This document shows positions 25,388 to 39,800 of a DNA stretch of 64,000 nucleotides, one piece after another. Both the position numbers and the translations under genes were made by a program. Within the stretch, counting starts at the first letter, position 1. Each line of letters starts with the position of its first letter. Source of the DNA: Antedon mediterranea (lineage: Eukaryota > Animalia > Echinodermata); NCBI RefSeq assembly GCF_964355755.1, contig NC_092672.1:2480001-2544000 (forward strand). The letters are read 5' to 3'. The notes beneath the pieces were generated by a model that was not told where the DNA came from, made no database searches, and saw nothing but the letters and a program-made list of their open reading frames with translations.

Positions 25388-27924
25388 ACCTTTATTTAAT
25401 TTGTCTGCCAGCTACTAAGCATTGTACAAAGTTTGCCTGTATATTAGCTTAACCTGTATGAAAGGGATTTTCTTTATTTTTATTTTTTGCCATATTGAGA
25501 TTGCCATTTGTACTACCCTTGTTTACATGTTAATAATTAATATACTAAATTGTATATTATTCAAATTAAATAATTTGCTATGCCAGTATTTACTTTGATG
25601 TATTCATTATATCAATCGATCTGTTTATCATTTATTAATCAAATTGTTGAACATTTCAAAGTATCAGTTGAAAGTTTTCACATTCATTAGAGGCTGACCC
25701 ATGTCATAGGTCATAGTTAAAGTTGTGGTGGGTTGGTAGAAGGGGAAGGAACCTGGTAAAAGTAAAAGAGGGCTTAAAAAGTAAAAGAGGGCTTAAAAAG
25801 TAAAACAGAGATTCTGTGAAATGTTTCTTTTTTTTTCTGTGATATACATCTGTCCATCACCATGACAATTGAAATAAAAGATTAGCTATATTTTGGGATT
25901 AACTTCACATGTTTACTATTTCAAGATTTTCAAGTTTTTCCAAGAAAGAATAGCGGAACAGTACCCAATTCATGAGGGTAAACTTGATGTGTATGAGCAA
26001 CAGAAAGAGGCGCACGAGGCGTTTATGAAGAGTAGATGTAGCGTCGTGCTCGGTCGAAATGAAATCTTAGACAAGGTGAGTTTAACAAAAACGAAAAGAA
26101 ATGGAAAGAAGTTGTAAGTAAATTAAAAAGGAATTGAAAGAAAATGAAAAGTTGAAGTAGCATTAAATCCAAATGATGGTTCCCCAACCTTACTTCACTA
26201 TAAAAAAAAAAGTTCAGGAGTATATTTATTTATTATATGAAATCTTTTAACATCTTAATTTTATGCACATTGCAGATTTGCGATTATTTTATTTGGGCAG
26301 GTGTTTGAATATACAGTTCTTTTTCTTTTGTCAGATAGCGGAATATGTGACAGATCTTGGTACGGGTAAGCCATTGATCCTGACAGGAGGACCAGGAACG
26401 GGCAAATCATCAATAATGGCAAAAGCAGCTGATGTAGCAACTCAAAATGCTAGTGGAGGCAGGATTCCAGGGTATGATGTTATTAATGTTATTAATCATT
26501 GATACTTACATTCCTGGTGTGGTGCCCTCTTTCCAATCTTGCTAGTCTGGGTTCACGTCATAGCTGAGTGTTTTTACTCTTCATCAACAACCTTTATTTT
26601 TTAAATATTATGGGATGGATTTATTTAGCATCTTGCCTTGATTTAGAACATATTAAAGAAATTCGTCTGAATCAAAAAATTAGGGTGGAGTTAAAACACT
26701 TGTACTGAGACTTAAGGACAAAAGGTCATGTCTTTTTAAACCTGGTTTGAAGAAGAAGAACATTTTTTGTTGCATTATTTTCATATCAAACTCATTGGTG
26801 GAATTTTTCTTTTAGTGGTGGAGATGCAGGTTGGCATGTCTTCTACCATTTTGTTGGTGCCATTCCTGGGTCAACAGATCAAGAAATGATGTTAAAGAGA
26901 CTCCTTAAGGAACTCAAAATCTGTAATGTAAGTCAGTACGAATGTTATTCCTTTTATCTGTTTAGTTCGCTCGTTGCCTAGTCTTTCGAACAGGATGTTA
27001 AGATGTTGATCTTGATGTATGAGCAAGTTCCATTGTTATCAGAAATTCTTCAGTGTCTAATTTAACCATGGTAATAATGATTTAACTGAAAAACATCATA
27101 ATTATATACACATTGCATTTAAAATATTTATTTATTGTAGGCCTACAAACAATTTTGTTTTCTCACAAAAGCTTGAAGGTAGCCCAAGATAAATTCCATA
27201 ATTTTCTTTCCAGGATTCCAATATGCCAAAGGATTATGAGGGCGCTGCACAACTGTTAGCTGGTGTATTATCCAATCCAAATTCAAAGCCTGTTATCTTG
27301 TTGGTTGATGCCCTTAATCAGGTAATTTGGCAAGCCTTTGTATCACAATGCACCTATAAATGGTATTACAGCTAGCTAATTTTAACTAAGGTATTAAAGA
27401 TGCGTTCACATCTAATTCTAACTGATAGTATTGTTAAAGCAGCATTCACACCTAATTCTAACTGAGAGTATTATTAAAACCACATTCACACCAAATTCAA
27501 CCTGAAAGTTTTAAACCTGCATTTACACCAAATTTAAATTGAATATTTAAAGCTGCATTTACACCTAATTCAAATTGAAAGTTTTTAAAAATGCATTCTC
27601 GTTTTGGTCTAGGTTGATGAGGAGAAAGGACACGGCACGTTAAGTTGGTTGCCACGTAAACTTGCTCCACAGGTTCGCTGTATATTCTCAATGATTAATG
27701 AGACACCACCGCACGTAACACTTTTAGCAAGACCACATGGCCCAATTGAAGTTCCTGTTACGCCACTTGATATTGCATCCAGAAAGGTATGTATTCACAC
27801 AGTAATTCTTTTCCAGTAAATGCTTTTTTAAACCTCATAACTGTACCTACATTAGATGATCTGTTTGTTTACCTTTTTAAACTACTATCCTAATTATCTT
27901 CATTATCATAATTATTCATTCATT

Positions 27925-28035
27925 ATTGGTCATATGCTCCGATTAAATGAAAACACACCAGCCAAGATCGCACTCAGAGAGGCTCGGAAAAAGACCAAAA
28001 GGAAGACCGAAAAGAACATGGATCGATGGCAAACA
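27925..28035 (+). mobile_element. Short RTE-like LINE remnant in an intron of copy A
   Basis: Translates IGHMLRLNENTPAKIALREARKK, typical of LINE ORF2 C-termini. Confidence 0.55.
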
Positions 28036-28786
28036 TAAACAGAACTTTTCACATACTTGCTAAAAAAACCCAATGATACGCGCAAAGTCTAACGACTATT
28101 AGCATTTAAGATGATGATTGAATCTTTGTTATTCTGGACAGATTGTCACTAATAATATCAAAATGATACAAAATAATAAACACAAGAGAGTGTACTCTAA
28201 ATTAACTCTTTAATATCTTGATGAATTTTTGTTGATTTTAACAGGAAATTGTGTTAGAGATTTTAAGCAACTACCACAAAAAGCTTGACAAAGAGCAGAT
28301 GACCTGTCTGTTGTCAAATGAAGCGTCTAAGAACCCTCTGTGGCTTTCTATTGCATGTGAAGAACTACGCGTATTTGGAGATTTCAGTCGAGTCACGGAA
28401 AAAATCAAGTCACTAGCAGATGATCTCCTCGAGTAAGTTGTGAAAAAAACGATTATGATAAATATTTAGTTATTTGTATCATTAAAAAAAATTCCGAATT
28501 ATTGCCTTGATTCTTTTTTAGTTTGTTGGGGCAAGTACTATCCCGGTTTGAACAAGAGAATGGTGGCATGTTGATGATTGCAACGCTCTGTTTACTGGAA
28601 AATTCGTCTCATGGACTTCTTGAAACGGAACTGCTCTCAATTCTTGGTGGTGATTTGTCCCTGCTGACGCCATCTAAAGAAAACTTTGAAAAATTGCAGA
28701 AAAGTTAGTTTACTGTACCTTGTAAATTTATTGGATAAGAATTATTGTCATAACAATCCTGATAATGTACTAAAAAATGTGCAAGC

Positions 28787-28886
28787 AAACCAGATCAAAC
28801 AAGAACAAACCAGAAGAAACCAGATCAAACCAGCAGAAACCAGATCACACAAGAACAAACCATAAAAAACCAGATCAAAAACCAGA
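28787..28886. repeat. Degenerate 10-bp tandem repeat (AAACCAGATC)
   Basis: Directly visible. Confidence 0.8.
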
Positions 28887-31519
28887 TGTTATAGATTGTA
28901 GCAAAAGAAAACTTTGTATAGCAATGACCTAGGAATTACTTATGTCATGTTATTTCATTGTTTACATGCGAAAACACTTCACAGGTGTTACCCTCAATTA
29001 AAGGTAATAACCTGTTGAAACATGAAATATTTTATAAACTGTTTTTCTTTTTTATAATTGCAATAGAAGAGGAAGATCCTGATGTACAGCCAATCACTAA
29101 CCAACCTTTATCAGCTGCTAAATGGGCAGCTGTGTACCGTGCACTGCGTACATTTCTTAGGCCTTTCGGTGATAGTGGTGAGGGCAGGCTTGATTTCTAC
29201 CACCGATCCGTTAGTAAAGCTGTACGAAAAAAGTAAGCATAATTATTAAATAATTGATACAGTTTACTTTGTTCTTTAAAATACTTTTTTATTTCATATT
29301 TTTAATTTTTCTTGACAGATATTTTTATGCGGAAGATAATTCAGAGAAAGAAGACGTGTATGCCTTTTGGCACCTCACTCTTGCAAACTTTTTTGAGCAC
29401 GAGCAGAACGTAGATCGCAAAGTTGAGGTAAATTTATTTCTTAAAAATATAGATTTATATAGAAAAATGTTTGGGAAACATTTGTTTTTATATTAAGCTT
29501 GGTTTTCACAAAAGAGGCAATGAAGGACATAGACACAACGGAAGCGGCGAATGATAAACAATAATTCATCACATGATTCGTCACATGATTCATCACATGA
29601 TTCGTCAATACGTTCTGGCATTGTGTCTCTAGCGAGAAGCAAGCATTAAGACTATATATACTCTTATTGAAATCACTACAATAATGCATATAAGTCTATG
29701 AGTTTTTGACAAGGTCATATTTTATTTCTTGATATGATGTATACCTTTTCTCTATAGGAGTATCCATACCATCTTGTGAAAATAAAGGACACTGACCGCT
29801 TGGCTAAATGTCTGACTGAATGGCCAATCTTTGACCACCTCTTCAATGATTATTACAGCTCTCAGCTTCTACTATACTGGAGGAAGGTATACCAACATTT
29901 ATTATTAAATTTTATGACTTTCCGAAAACCTTGTAAACTGAAATTTCTTCCACAAACAGATTCTCACACCCCAAATTGTTCCTGTTTTTTTCAGTGGATG
30001 ACATTTGAAAATATATTTTTTGCTATGACTAACTAAACTAATGTTTTATTATTATTGTACACAACAATATTGAAATTATTATATTAGGCCGGAGATTATA
30101 AATTTATGGAGAGGCAATATCGTAACATTCTTGAATCAATTGATAAGGAGGCTTTTGGACTTGAAGAGTATTGCATACGATATGAGCATATTGCAAGACT
30201 TCTGTAAGTTTTAATTAGTTTTATTTATGTGAAATCAGCCCTATTTTTGAGGAATGTGAAATTGAGATATACAGATACAAAAATTTCATTTTTATATTTC
30301 TGTTCAGTTTGATATTAAAACATTCCCATAATTTTTTTCTCGCATTCAGAGTACAAGCTGGTGAATACTCTGTAGCGAAAGGTTACATAGACGTTGCCCT
30401 CAACATTGAAGAGGAACAGCTCGGTGGCCGACCAGAGCGGTTGGTGGAGCTTTTCGCTCTCTATGGTGAACTCTATGATGAGGTAAGTGTAGTAGTTGTA
30501 ACTGAATAAAACCATTTGATATAATATATTATATATATGATGGGAATTACAGTTATCAAAGTGCGTTTTAAAATTCTTGTATCTGGTATTGATATTGATG
30601 TTTTAACTATTTATTTTTCAATGTCTGAACTAGTTGACTATTTTTTAGCCCATCCCATGATTTATTATGTTTTTATTTATATTTACAAAGTTTTAAATTT
30701 ATTTTTGGTAAATAAAAGAAAGAAATAATTGTTTTGTCTCTTTTATTTTAGATTTCTAAAATGCATGACTTTATCAAAAGGGAGAACATCAAAGACTTGA
30801 AGCCTTGCATCGAGTTCTTCAGAAAATCTGTAAAAATACGAGAGACGTTGCAGGGTGATCATCACAAGGTATTGAATCTTTAGTATTATATGTTCATCTA
30901 TCAGAATTAATATATAAGAATATATATATATATTTTTGTTCATACGCATCCAACAGCGAGTAACTCGGAAATTACAGGATGGATGGATAAACTATTTTAT
31001 AATTGATCGTGCTTATAAACAAAGTCTTATTTGAAACTTAAGGAGTTGAAATAGTCGTGAGTTACAACCCTGAACTAGGTCAGGACTGAACTAGGTCAGG
31101 ACTGAACCCTGAACCACAAAGTTACAGCTCCACTACTTTCAATTTCAATGCAAATTGTTGAGGTGTTTGACCTCAGTCTGTCTGTCTGATTAATTGTTAT
31201 TATAATTAACATTATTTAAAATAATTATTATTTGTTCATTTAGTAATAATAAATTCCAGTTCAAAATAAGCTCCTCACTTCTCAATTATTTATAATTAAG
31301 CAAAATCTTGTTTTCTGATAGTAACCCAATTTCTATCCACTTTTTTCAGTACAAGATGGGTATATCACTGATGTCCTTATCTTTTTCACTGAACACTTTC
31401 TATGAATGTGGAGGTGACGCCTCTCTTGACGCAGATGAAGCGCAAGAAGAGGCGTTGGAGCATATCGAGAAAGCTCTCACTATTTTTTTGGAGGTAAGCA
31501 AGTCACCTATCCCATTAAC

Positions 31520-31717
31520 CAGTGGCTTACAGCTAAGACCGCTCACTGGCTAAATCCAGGGGCTCCAAAGCTTATTGGTGCCCCTGAGCAAAGCCCAGAT
31601 GAATAAAAAGGCAATAAAATAATTTAAAAAAGGCTAAAAATGGCCAAGGACTCCAGCGTTGGAGGGCCACTTAGCATCCCTACACCAGAGGCCTCGGGCC
31701 TCTGTGTTACGCCACTG
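31520..31717. mobile_element. TIR element (CAGTGGC...GCCACTG) with 7-bp target duplication CATTAAC; relatives at ~42881-43005 and ~56436-56562
   Basis: Inverted termini and a direct 7-bp flank are visible. Confidence 0.7.
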
Positions 31718-32477
31718 CATTAACAAGACAAGTCACCTATCCATGCAGATTAAAAATGCATACTAGGCTCGAAAACTTACTAATATAAAAAAGAATTAGT
31801 GGTAAAATATTTTGATATATTTTCCTTGTTATTGATTCTAATGAACATTTGTTTTTTTTAGTTGGAAGACCTCGGAAAGGAGGCAGAGGCTAGCATGACT
31901 AAAGCTATCTTGTATGAAAGAGGCTCTGAGGAGCAAATTGAGGTTAGTTCTTTAACACACAGTAGTGGTCACTGCAGTTTATTTTGTGTTGGGCGAGCAA
32001 GCAATGTCTGGATATCAATTAGAAAGAAGTATTAAAACTTAAAGATGTATTGTCTCCCAAAATCATGAAAAATAAAGATTTTTAAAATCAGACTTTGAAT
32101 AGGCCATTTTGCAGTTTTAATGAAGTTGTTTACTTCCATAAGAAAAAAAAACGGGGGAAAAAAAATATTTCACCTATAAAAAGACAAAATAAACAGTTAA
32201 ATTACCCAAAAACTCATTGTCTTCCAGACAATTTGACAATTTTTTGCTTTAAATTACATTTTTCTCGGGTAAATAAATTTTTTCAGACCCAATTTTTTGT
32301 GAGAGTGAATAACTATTATGCTATTAAAATAACATATTCAACAAAAAAATTAAAAAAAATATTTTTTTAGGGGGACAATATATCTTTAAGATAAGTCTAG
32401 TTTATGAATTATTTCCATGTACTGTAAAAACCTGAAAACAAGCCCATGGGATTAGGCTCAGTAGAAACGGACCTTTA

Positions 32478-32634
32478 CGCTCTGTCTACACTATCAAACA
32501 GGTTTGACAAAAAAAGTAAGATGGGCCCAAATATGGTAGAGATGATCCCAAATATGGTAGTGATATGACATCATAATGTCATATATGGGCACATAACATT
32601 TTTTGTGACAAAGTTTTCTAGTGTAGACAGAGCT
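32478..32634. mobile_element. MITE family 1
   Basis: TIRs and the same internal repeats. Confidence 0.8.
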
Positions 32635-33637
32635 TAAGAAGTTGATAATTACTAGATGTTATTTCACATTTTTTCTCTTTAAATTTGAAGTGGTACAACA
32701 AAGCTTATGAACAGTGTGAACAAGCGTATGGTTTAAACTGTAAGCTGATGACACGGCTGATGAGTAACATTGGTATCTATCATGAAGACAGGGAAGATTA
32801 CCGCACAGCCTATGAGTATTTTGTCAAATGGTATAACGTATCTGTAGAGGTGGGTAAACTTATACATGCCTATGCCGTATATCCTCTGGTATAATCCCAC
32901 CATACTAAGAACACAAATTGGGCTGACTTTGGAGGTGGGACTATACCCGAGGAAACCCTGGTTCAGGAAAGAAGTGATTGGTAATCATCTGAACTTGCTA
33001 GAGAGAGGCCTACATCCAGACCAAAAGTCAATACTGGGACTATACCCGGAATATGCCTGTTTGTGAAATGAGACATAGAGTAGAGGGTGGGATTATACCT
33101 GAAGTTGGATTATAAGGTTATTATGAGGTTTTTCCTACATCTATTTATAGACATTCACCACTATCAATTTGGTGGTGCTGTACCTCAATGTTTAGCATGC
33201 CTTTGTTCCAATCCCAGTATCTTGGTTTTTATTCATGGATATAAAAGTTTTGTACTTTTTTTTGTATGATTTAAACTGTCGAAAAAAACTTTGTTTCAAA
33301 GCATTTTCTTACATATTATTTCACCATAAGTTAAGAAAAAAAAAACTCTAGCATATTTTCACTGTTTTCTATAGGTCTTTGGAGAAGACCATCCAAAGAC
33401 GACGTCCGCCAGAAATTCTTTAGAAGAGCCAACTTATCAACGGATAAAAGCAGCACTTGAAGCAGAAGGCGCACAATAACAGAAAAGATGAGTATCATGA
33501 CATTTTGTATATGTCTCTATATCAATCATGTGATAATGATGTCAGTGGAAACAGGGCATATCAAAGGACAGAAGAGGACTGGAATGTTAGTAGCAAACAG
33601 AGAAGTAGAGCTTAAAATGTAGACCTCATCAAACTAA

Positions 33638-33781
33638 AGCTCTGTCTACACTATCAAATTTTATGTGACAAAATGCGATGTGACCATATATAGACATGTT
33701 GATGTCATATCACTATCATATTTGGGCATATTACTACCATATTTGGGCACATCACACTAGTTTGATAGTGCAAACTGAGCT
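33638..33781. mobile_element. MITE family 1 in the 3' region of copy A
   Basis: TIRs and the same internal repeats. Confidence 0.8.
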
Positions 33782-34944
33782 CTAATACCTCCATAATCGT
33801 CTTAATGATGGAGATCCCTATTATATTGTAAAAATGTTTTTACAGCAAGTATTTATTCCAGAAGTATAAATAAATTTATAGATACAAACATATAGGGATA
33901 AGAGATAACTAGATCGTCTGGTTACAGTGCTCGATACCATTGGTATAGAGCTAGATATATATCTGAAATAAAACCTAGTTAGTTCATGTTCTTTATTACA
34001 CATATGCTACCATCAGGGCTAACACACTCATTGGGGGAATACCCAATATATAGAAACAATACTGTCAGTATGATGGCAATAATGAGGGTAAAAACTCTCC
34101 ATAAGTGTTACTACTAATAAGCCGAGGAATCCAGTGTTATCCCGCTCTAAAGTGGTCATTATTTGGAGACAATTCATTATTTTAGTTGTCAATATTTTAG
34201 TAACGTGTACAAATATATATATATATCAAAAAAAGTAAAATATTGATGGCGATCAAGAACTTCATAATTTACACATCATTCGTAAGAAAACCGTCCTTTT
34301 TAACATTTTACTATTTTATATGTGTCAATGGAGACATTATTATTTTGTACTATGGTAGTAAGTATGTGTACAAATATATTTATATATAAAAAAATTATTG
34401 TTATCGATCATGAGACAGAGAAAAAAATATCAATTTTATCACTTTGACATTATGATTTGTAAGATAGTGATTGTGTTTTAGTTCAATGGTTGTATTTACA
34501 CTTAGGTAAATGAAGCATATTTACTAACTTAACTAAAAATTCTTCTTGGTGAAAACCACTTATAAAATGGAGTTTAACTGTTTGTTTTCATTTTGTGTAT
34601 GTGAATAACTTATTATTAAAATTACAAAATGGCCTATTCAAAAATCGGAATTTATTTATCTTTAAGTGTTTCCTAAGTGTGAATACAGCCACCGACCTTC
34701 AGAAGACCACTATCATCCCAGGCCAAATGCTGCCAGTTTTGTCCAGAATTAATGTCCATTTTATATATATATCCTTTGTAAAATATGTATCTGTATTTTT
34801 TTTTACAAAATCTCTTTCACTTTTTAAATCTTTCATTTGTTACTGTTTGTGCAATATGCAATAGTTACGTTATTGTTTATTGGGTAGGACTATGTCAGTG
34901 TGTGTATTTCTGGTGGCAAAGTGATAGCCAATATAAAGTCTATC

Positions 34945-35125
34945 ATACCACCTCCGCGTAGGAGGTTATAATTCTGTCTGAGATGTGTGTGTGGGTGTTT
35001 GCAGGATAACGTCAAAACTACAAGACGGATCTTTACCATATTTAAATCACAGATAGTATGTGGTCACGAAGGACTCCATTAGTTTTTGGAGGGAATCCAG
35101 ACCAAGATCCCAATTCTGGACCACT
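34945..35125 (+). mobile_element. Probable non-autonomous Helentron/DINE-like repeat fragment
   Basis: CCTCCGCGTAGGAGGTTAT hairpin start, GT microsatellite, GCAGGATAACG..AAAACTA..CGGATC layout recalled from this class. Confidence 0.5.
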
Positions 35126-35995
35126 TTATATTATTTTATTTAGGCTGTATGTCAAACCTACAAGATGCTATTCAATTTGGAGGCAATCTGTAAATGACAT
35201 TATCTTTATCACAATTCTTTTTCTTTTTTTACTCCTGGTGGAAAAGATTACAACTCTTAGAATTGTTCTTATTGTAGCACCCCTCAGAAGAAGAATAGAA
35301 CAGTCCATGAGTAATGTAATTATTATTAAAACATAAATTCCTATTAATTACATATGAATCATTATGTTTTTTAACATAAATCTTTATATATTATCTTAGC
35401 AAATATCAGACATTAACAAAAAATAAAAATAATTTTGGAGAAATATATTTTGAGGCACTTATTTATTAACGTTTTTTGAATATTTTTAATATATCAATAA
35501 TCATGATTTTAATATTGGAAAACTTCATTTTATTTTTATTTGAATAAAAAAGGTTTTGTAAATTTTGTTGTTAGAGATTGTTTTGATATCTCTTACTAAA
35601 TGAATGAATGATGTTTGAATGTATTTTAAAATTAGTAGAAAACATGCTTAACATTATCTATCAATCTGTCTTTTAAAAAGTAATTCTTTAGATATTTTGA
35701 ACTGTAATTTCTCTCAATTTAAATCTATTATTAATGAAATTATTTAAATAATCTTAATAAAATTAATTTTATTTTCAACCTGTTATTGGTGTTTTACACT
35801 GTTGGCTTGAAACAAAGAATAAATATAACTCAATCCATCATCATGAACTTCTGACGAATCAGAAACAACCTTGTCCTTTTAAACAGAAAAAACAAAAATT
35901 ATCGATGGGGAAACCGTTAAATTATCATTGCAATTTTCAGATAAGAAAACCAAAGATTGTATACTCACAATCTTTGCGAAAAAGTATAAGATGAA

Positions 35996-36145
35996 AGCCT
36001 GGTTCCCACTAGCGATGCAACACAAGGACGTAACGCAACGCAAGTGAATTGACCAATCACAAGCGATGGCTTATTCGCTTGTTATTGGTTAAAACGCTTG
36101 CGTTGCGTTTACGTCCTTGCGTTACGTTCTAGTGGGAACCAAGCT
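35996..36145. mobile_element. MITE family 2 upstream of copy B
   Basis: Highly similar to 15618-15777. Confidence 0.8.
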
Positions 36146-36899
36146 TAAGTATAAGAACATTACAAAAAGCAAAATTTATATGTGTGACCTCGGAAACCAG
36201 AGTTCACATACGCCGCTTACGTTTATATATGTTAATAAACTTTTTGGTTGATTAAACCATCAACAACAAAACAGCGCAATTATAATATCATAATACAATA
36301 ATAACGACAAAAGATGGATCAATGGAGTTCAGTTGCTACGGTGATATTAGGTATAAAATAGAAAACAATTTTTTCTCTCATATAGAGACTCTAGGCCCTA
36401 GGCCTAGGCTAGCTGCCTAAACAAACCTGGCAGGTCTAGGTAACTGCCTGCTGGCTGGCCTCCGCCGTACTAATTTAATTACTAGGCCTAACTAGCTAGG
36501 CCTAGGCCTAGCCTAGATAGAGGCATCGGTCTAACTATTAATAAGTACAGTAGGCTACTACCATACCTCAGGGTAAGCCTAGAGGACTAACTAGGCTGCT
36601 AATTGAGTATATTAATTGTTTTGTTGTTGATGAAATAGATTTACTAATGTCATGATGATACTGATGAATACGAATAGGCCTACTAGGCCTAGGCTTAAAA
36701 TCAAGGTCACTAGGCCTACCTAGGCCTATAGTCATTTTATTAATTTTAAAAGAAATGATTAGTTTATGCATGCTATAAAAGAATTCACAATTGATTAATT
36801 TCGGGACATTTAATTTTTAATTGAATAACTTATAATATTTAATATGGTTTTAAAATGTACAACATTTTACCAGGGAAATAGCAGACAAGCCCGCCAGCT

Positions 36900-39800
36900 A
36901 TGGGATGCGGGGCTTCACAGAGTTACGACTACAAGTACGATGTTAGCCAACAGTGGGAGAGCGCTCGTATGACAATTGACATTCAGAAACACGGAGACAA
37001 ACCAGTCGTCAAGAGGTCCGGATGGAAGACTGTGCGGATCTTCGTTTCTTCTACGTTTCGTGATTTTCATGCGGAGAGAGAAGTTTTAGTGAAAGAGGTA
37101 CAGTAGAAAGTGTGTATGATTAGCTCATGCTAAACTTTATATTCAGTTTAAATGTGTGTTTATTGAATAATAAAAATTGTATACTATATATTTATAGTAT
37201 AAAATACTATATAAAATATCTTTAGTATTAAATAAAAATTACACATATTGGTTGGCATATGGACAAAAACCCTTTCAAAATATTCAAAATCATTTGTCTT
37301 TTTTAGGTTTTTTCTGATTTACGTCAGTGGTGTGAAAAACGGAGACTTCATCTTGTTGAATGTGACTTGCGATGGGTAAGACTGTGTTTTTGTATTGCAA
37401 CGAACATAGTTCACAACTCTGCAGTTAAAAATTTATTCAATTATTTCTTGTTTTAAATTATCAAAGATAAAACCAAAGTAATACAAAATTAAGCTCAATT
37501 AGTTTTACTATGTTGAAATAATGATAGATGTACATAATAGGTAAATATTTTTGCCCTAATTTACAGGGTGTTCCAAAAGACACAACAGCCGAAGAGACGC
37601 TGCGCACATGCCTCGGAGAGATCGACAGGTGTTACCAAGACAACATCATGCCATTCTTTCTTAACATGACTTGGTAATTATGTGTTTTTGTAACTGATCA
37701 GTTATAAGCCCAGCCTGGGGTAATTGTTTCTCATTTTTTCAATATATCCTTTGAGTGAGTGGCCGAGAGGTTAAGACAGTGGAACCGAAATTACATAGTC
37801 ATAACATCGGCAAGGGTTTGAGGCTCACTCGCTCCATGGCTCTGGTGGAAGAACGAGTCTTCTCGGATAGAACTATAAACCATAGGTCAAGTGTGCACAC
37901 CTAGCTCGTGGACTTGAACCAAGTACATCTTTCGAGACTGCCACTGATCATAATGGGGCCCTCTGAGAGACTTTGACTGATGAGGTCACCCACTATAAAT
38001 AAATAATACAAAACAAAAAAAATATTTCTTCTCATATTAATATTATTTCTCCTTCATTTAGTGCTCGTTGTGGGTGGATCCCAACGGACAAGGAAGTTCC
38101 TGATAGTGTGTACTCTGAATACAGATGGATAAAAGGATTATCAGTGACAGAAATGGAGATAATTCATGGTGCATATCGAAAGGACAATCCTAATTGTAAT
38201 TAACACACAAATATATAAAAGAATGCTTTGACGCAGTTTTTAGTGGTTTTACCTACCAAACCCAATCCTGTGTTCAACCAACCTTGAAAACAAGTTTTTT
38301 TTAATTGTACTTTTTTTCAACAGCCTTGTTTGCAATTAGAGGCACAGCATTCCTAGACTCACTTCCTACTCAATATAAGGATGATTTCATAGACTCCAGT
38401 CCAGTCGCTGAACACAAACTGAAAGTCCTTAAAGATGTTCTCTCCGATAGATTTCTGGTTTGTATCTGATTCAGTAACTGTTGAAATAGTAATGAATTAA
38501 ATTCCTAATTGTCCTATTTTTTTGTGTAGTATGCATATATAACAAGTTTAATTTGTATAATTTCAGTCTGATCAGGTTTTTACTTACGACTGTACATATG
38601 CTGGTGTTGACACAGACACAGGAAAGGTCAGCCTTGATGGTCTACAAGGAGCGTTTACAAACAAGGTACTTGTACATTAATCCGTAAATTCAATCTCTAG
38701 CAAAATATTATTATCATTATTTTAGGCTCTGTCTACACGTTATCAAACTAGTTTAACAACAAATGTGTGATGTGCCAAAATATGGTCACATCACATTTCG
38801 TTTGTTACTAAGTTTGATAGTGCAGACAGAGCTTTAGATATAGTTTTGACATATGCATGTACCCTTTTTAACATTTATTTTACCTTATTTTAAAAGGTTT
38901 TCAAGTTTTTCCATGAAAGAATAGCGGAACAGTACCCAATTCAAGAGGGTGAACTTGACGTGTACGAGCAACAGAAAGAGGCGCACGAGGCGTTTATGAA
39001 AAATAGATGTAGCGTCGTGCTCGGTCGAAATGAAATCTTAGACAAGGTAAGAAAATTAAGAAAGATCAGAGACTATGGCAAGAAATTGAGGAAGCTTGAG
39101 AATGAAATTTAAGGAAAATGACGCGAAAGGAATAATGTCAAAAATGTTTTAGGATAAAACATTCTACTCTTGTGCACTTTTCCTGTTAGTGGTCAAAGGT
39201 CACTGAAAGAATTGCGCATCGCATGTATCACTAATTGAATTCACAGTTCCATTATTTTTCCAGATAACAGGATATGTGACTGATCTTGGTACGGGTAAGC
39301 CATTGATCCTGACAGGAGGACCAGGAACGGGCAAATCATCAATAATGGCAAAAGCAGCTGATGTAGCAACTCAACATGCTAGTGGTGGCGGTAGAATTCA
39401 AGGGTACATGCTATTATTGTTTGTATTCATTGATGCTTAAATTCCTGGTGTGGTGCCCTCCTTCCAATCTTACTAGTCTGGGTTCACGTCATAGCTGAAT
39501 GTTTTTACTTTTCACCAGCAAACTATATTTTAAATAATCTATCTCTAAATATTATGGGATGGATTTATTTAGAACATTTTGCCTTGATTTAGAACATATT
39601 AAGAAATTCGTCTGAATTAAAAAATTTGACAAAGACAGTTTTTTTTTCTAGTGGTGGAGATGCAGGTTGGCATGTCTTCTACCATTTTGTGGGTGCCATT
39701 CCTGGGTCAACAGATCAAGAAATGATGTTAAAGAGACTCCTTAAGGAACTCAAAATCTGTAATGTAAGTTAATACTAATAGAGCATTATGGCGCAGTGGC

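Larger units (their letters stand above)
21877..33479 (+). pseudogene. DUF4062-NACHT/STAND-TPR gene (TEP1/NPHP3-like), copy A; 23 coding exons, ~1016 codons, single in-frame TGA at 22000-22002
   Basis: Exons join in frame at GT-AG sites: 21877-22074, 22169-22237, 22477-22583, 22731-22864, 23171-23304, 23535-23633, 25926-26075, 26335-26471, 26816-26927, 27214-27321, 27613-27786, 28245-28432, 28522-28703, 29067-29232, 29319-29427, 29758-29886, 30088-30203, 30350-30482, 30752-30868, 31350-31493, 31862-31942, 32691-32849, 33375-33479. Motifs: MGCGAS start; DUF4062 IFVSSTFRDFHAERE..DLRWG..SVTEMEI; Walker A GGPGTGKS; Walker B LLVDALNQ; TPR-like helices ending VFGEDHPKT. Codon 42 is TGA where copy B has TGG. 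Confidence 0.8.

Noticed and set aside
37752-37835. tRNA gene (also tRNA-like heads at ~39788 and ~55253)
   Set aside because: A/B boxes are degenerate and there is no full cloverleaf; these are SINE-derived.
37975-37995. CTGATGAG as a hammerhead core
   Set aside because: No downstream GAAA or stems; part of the SINE tail.
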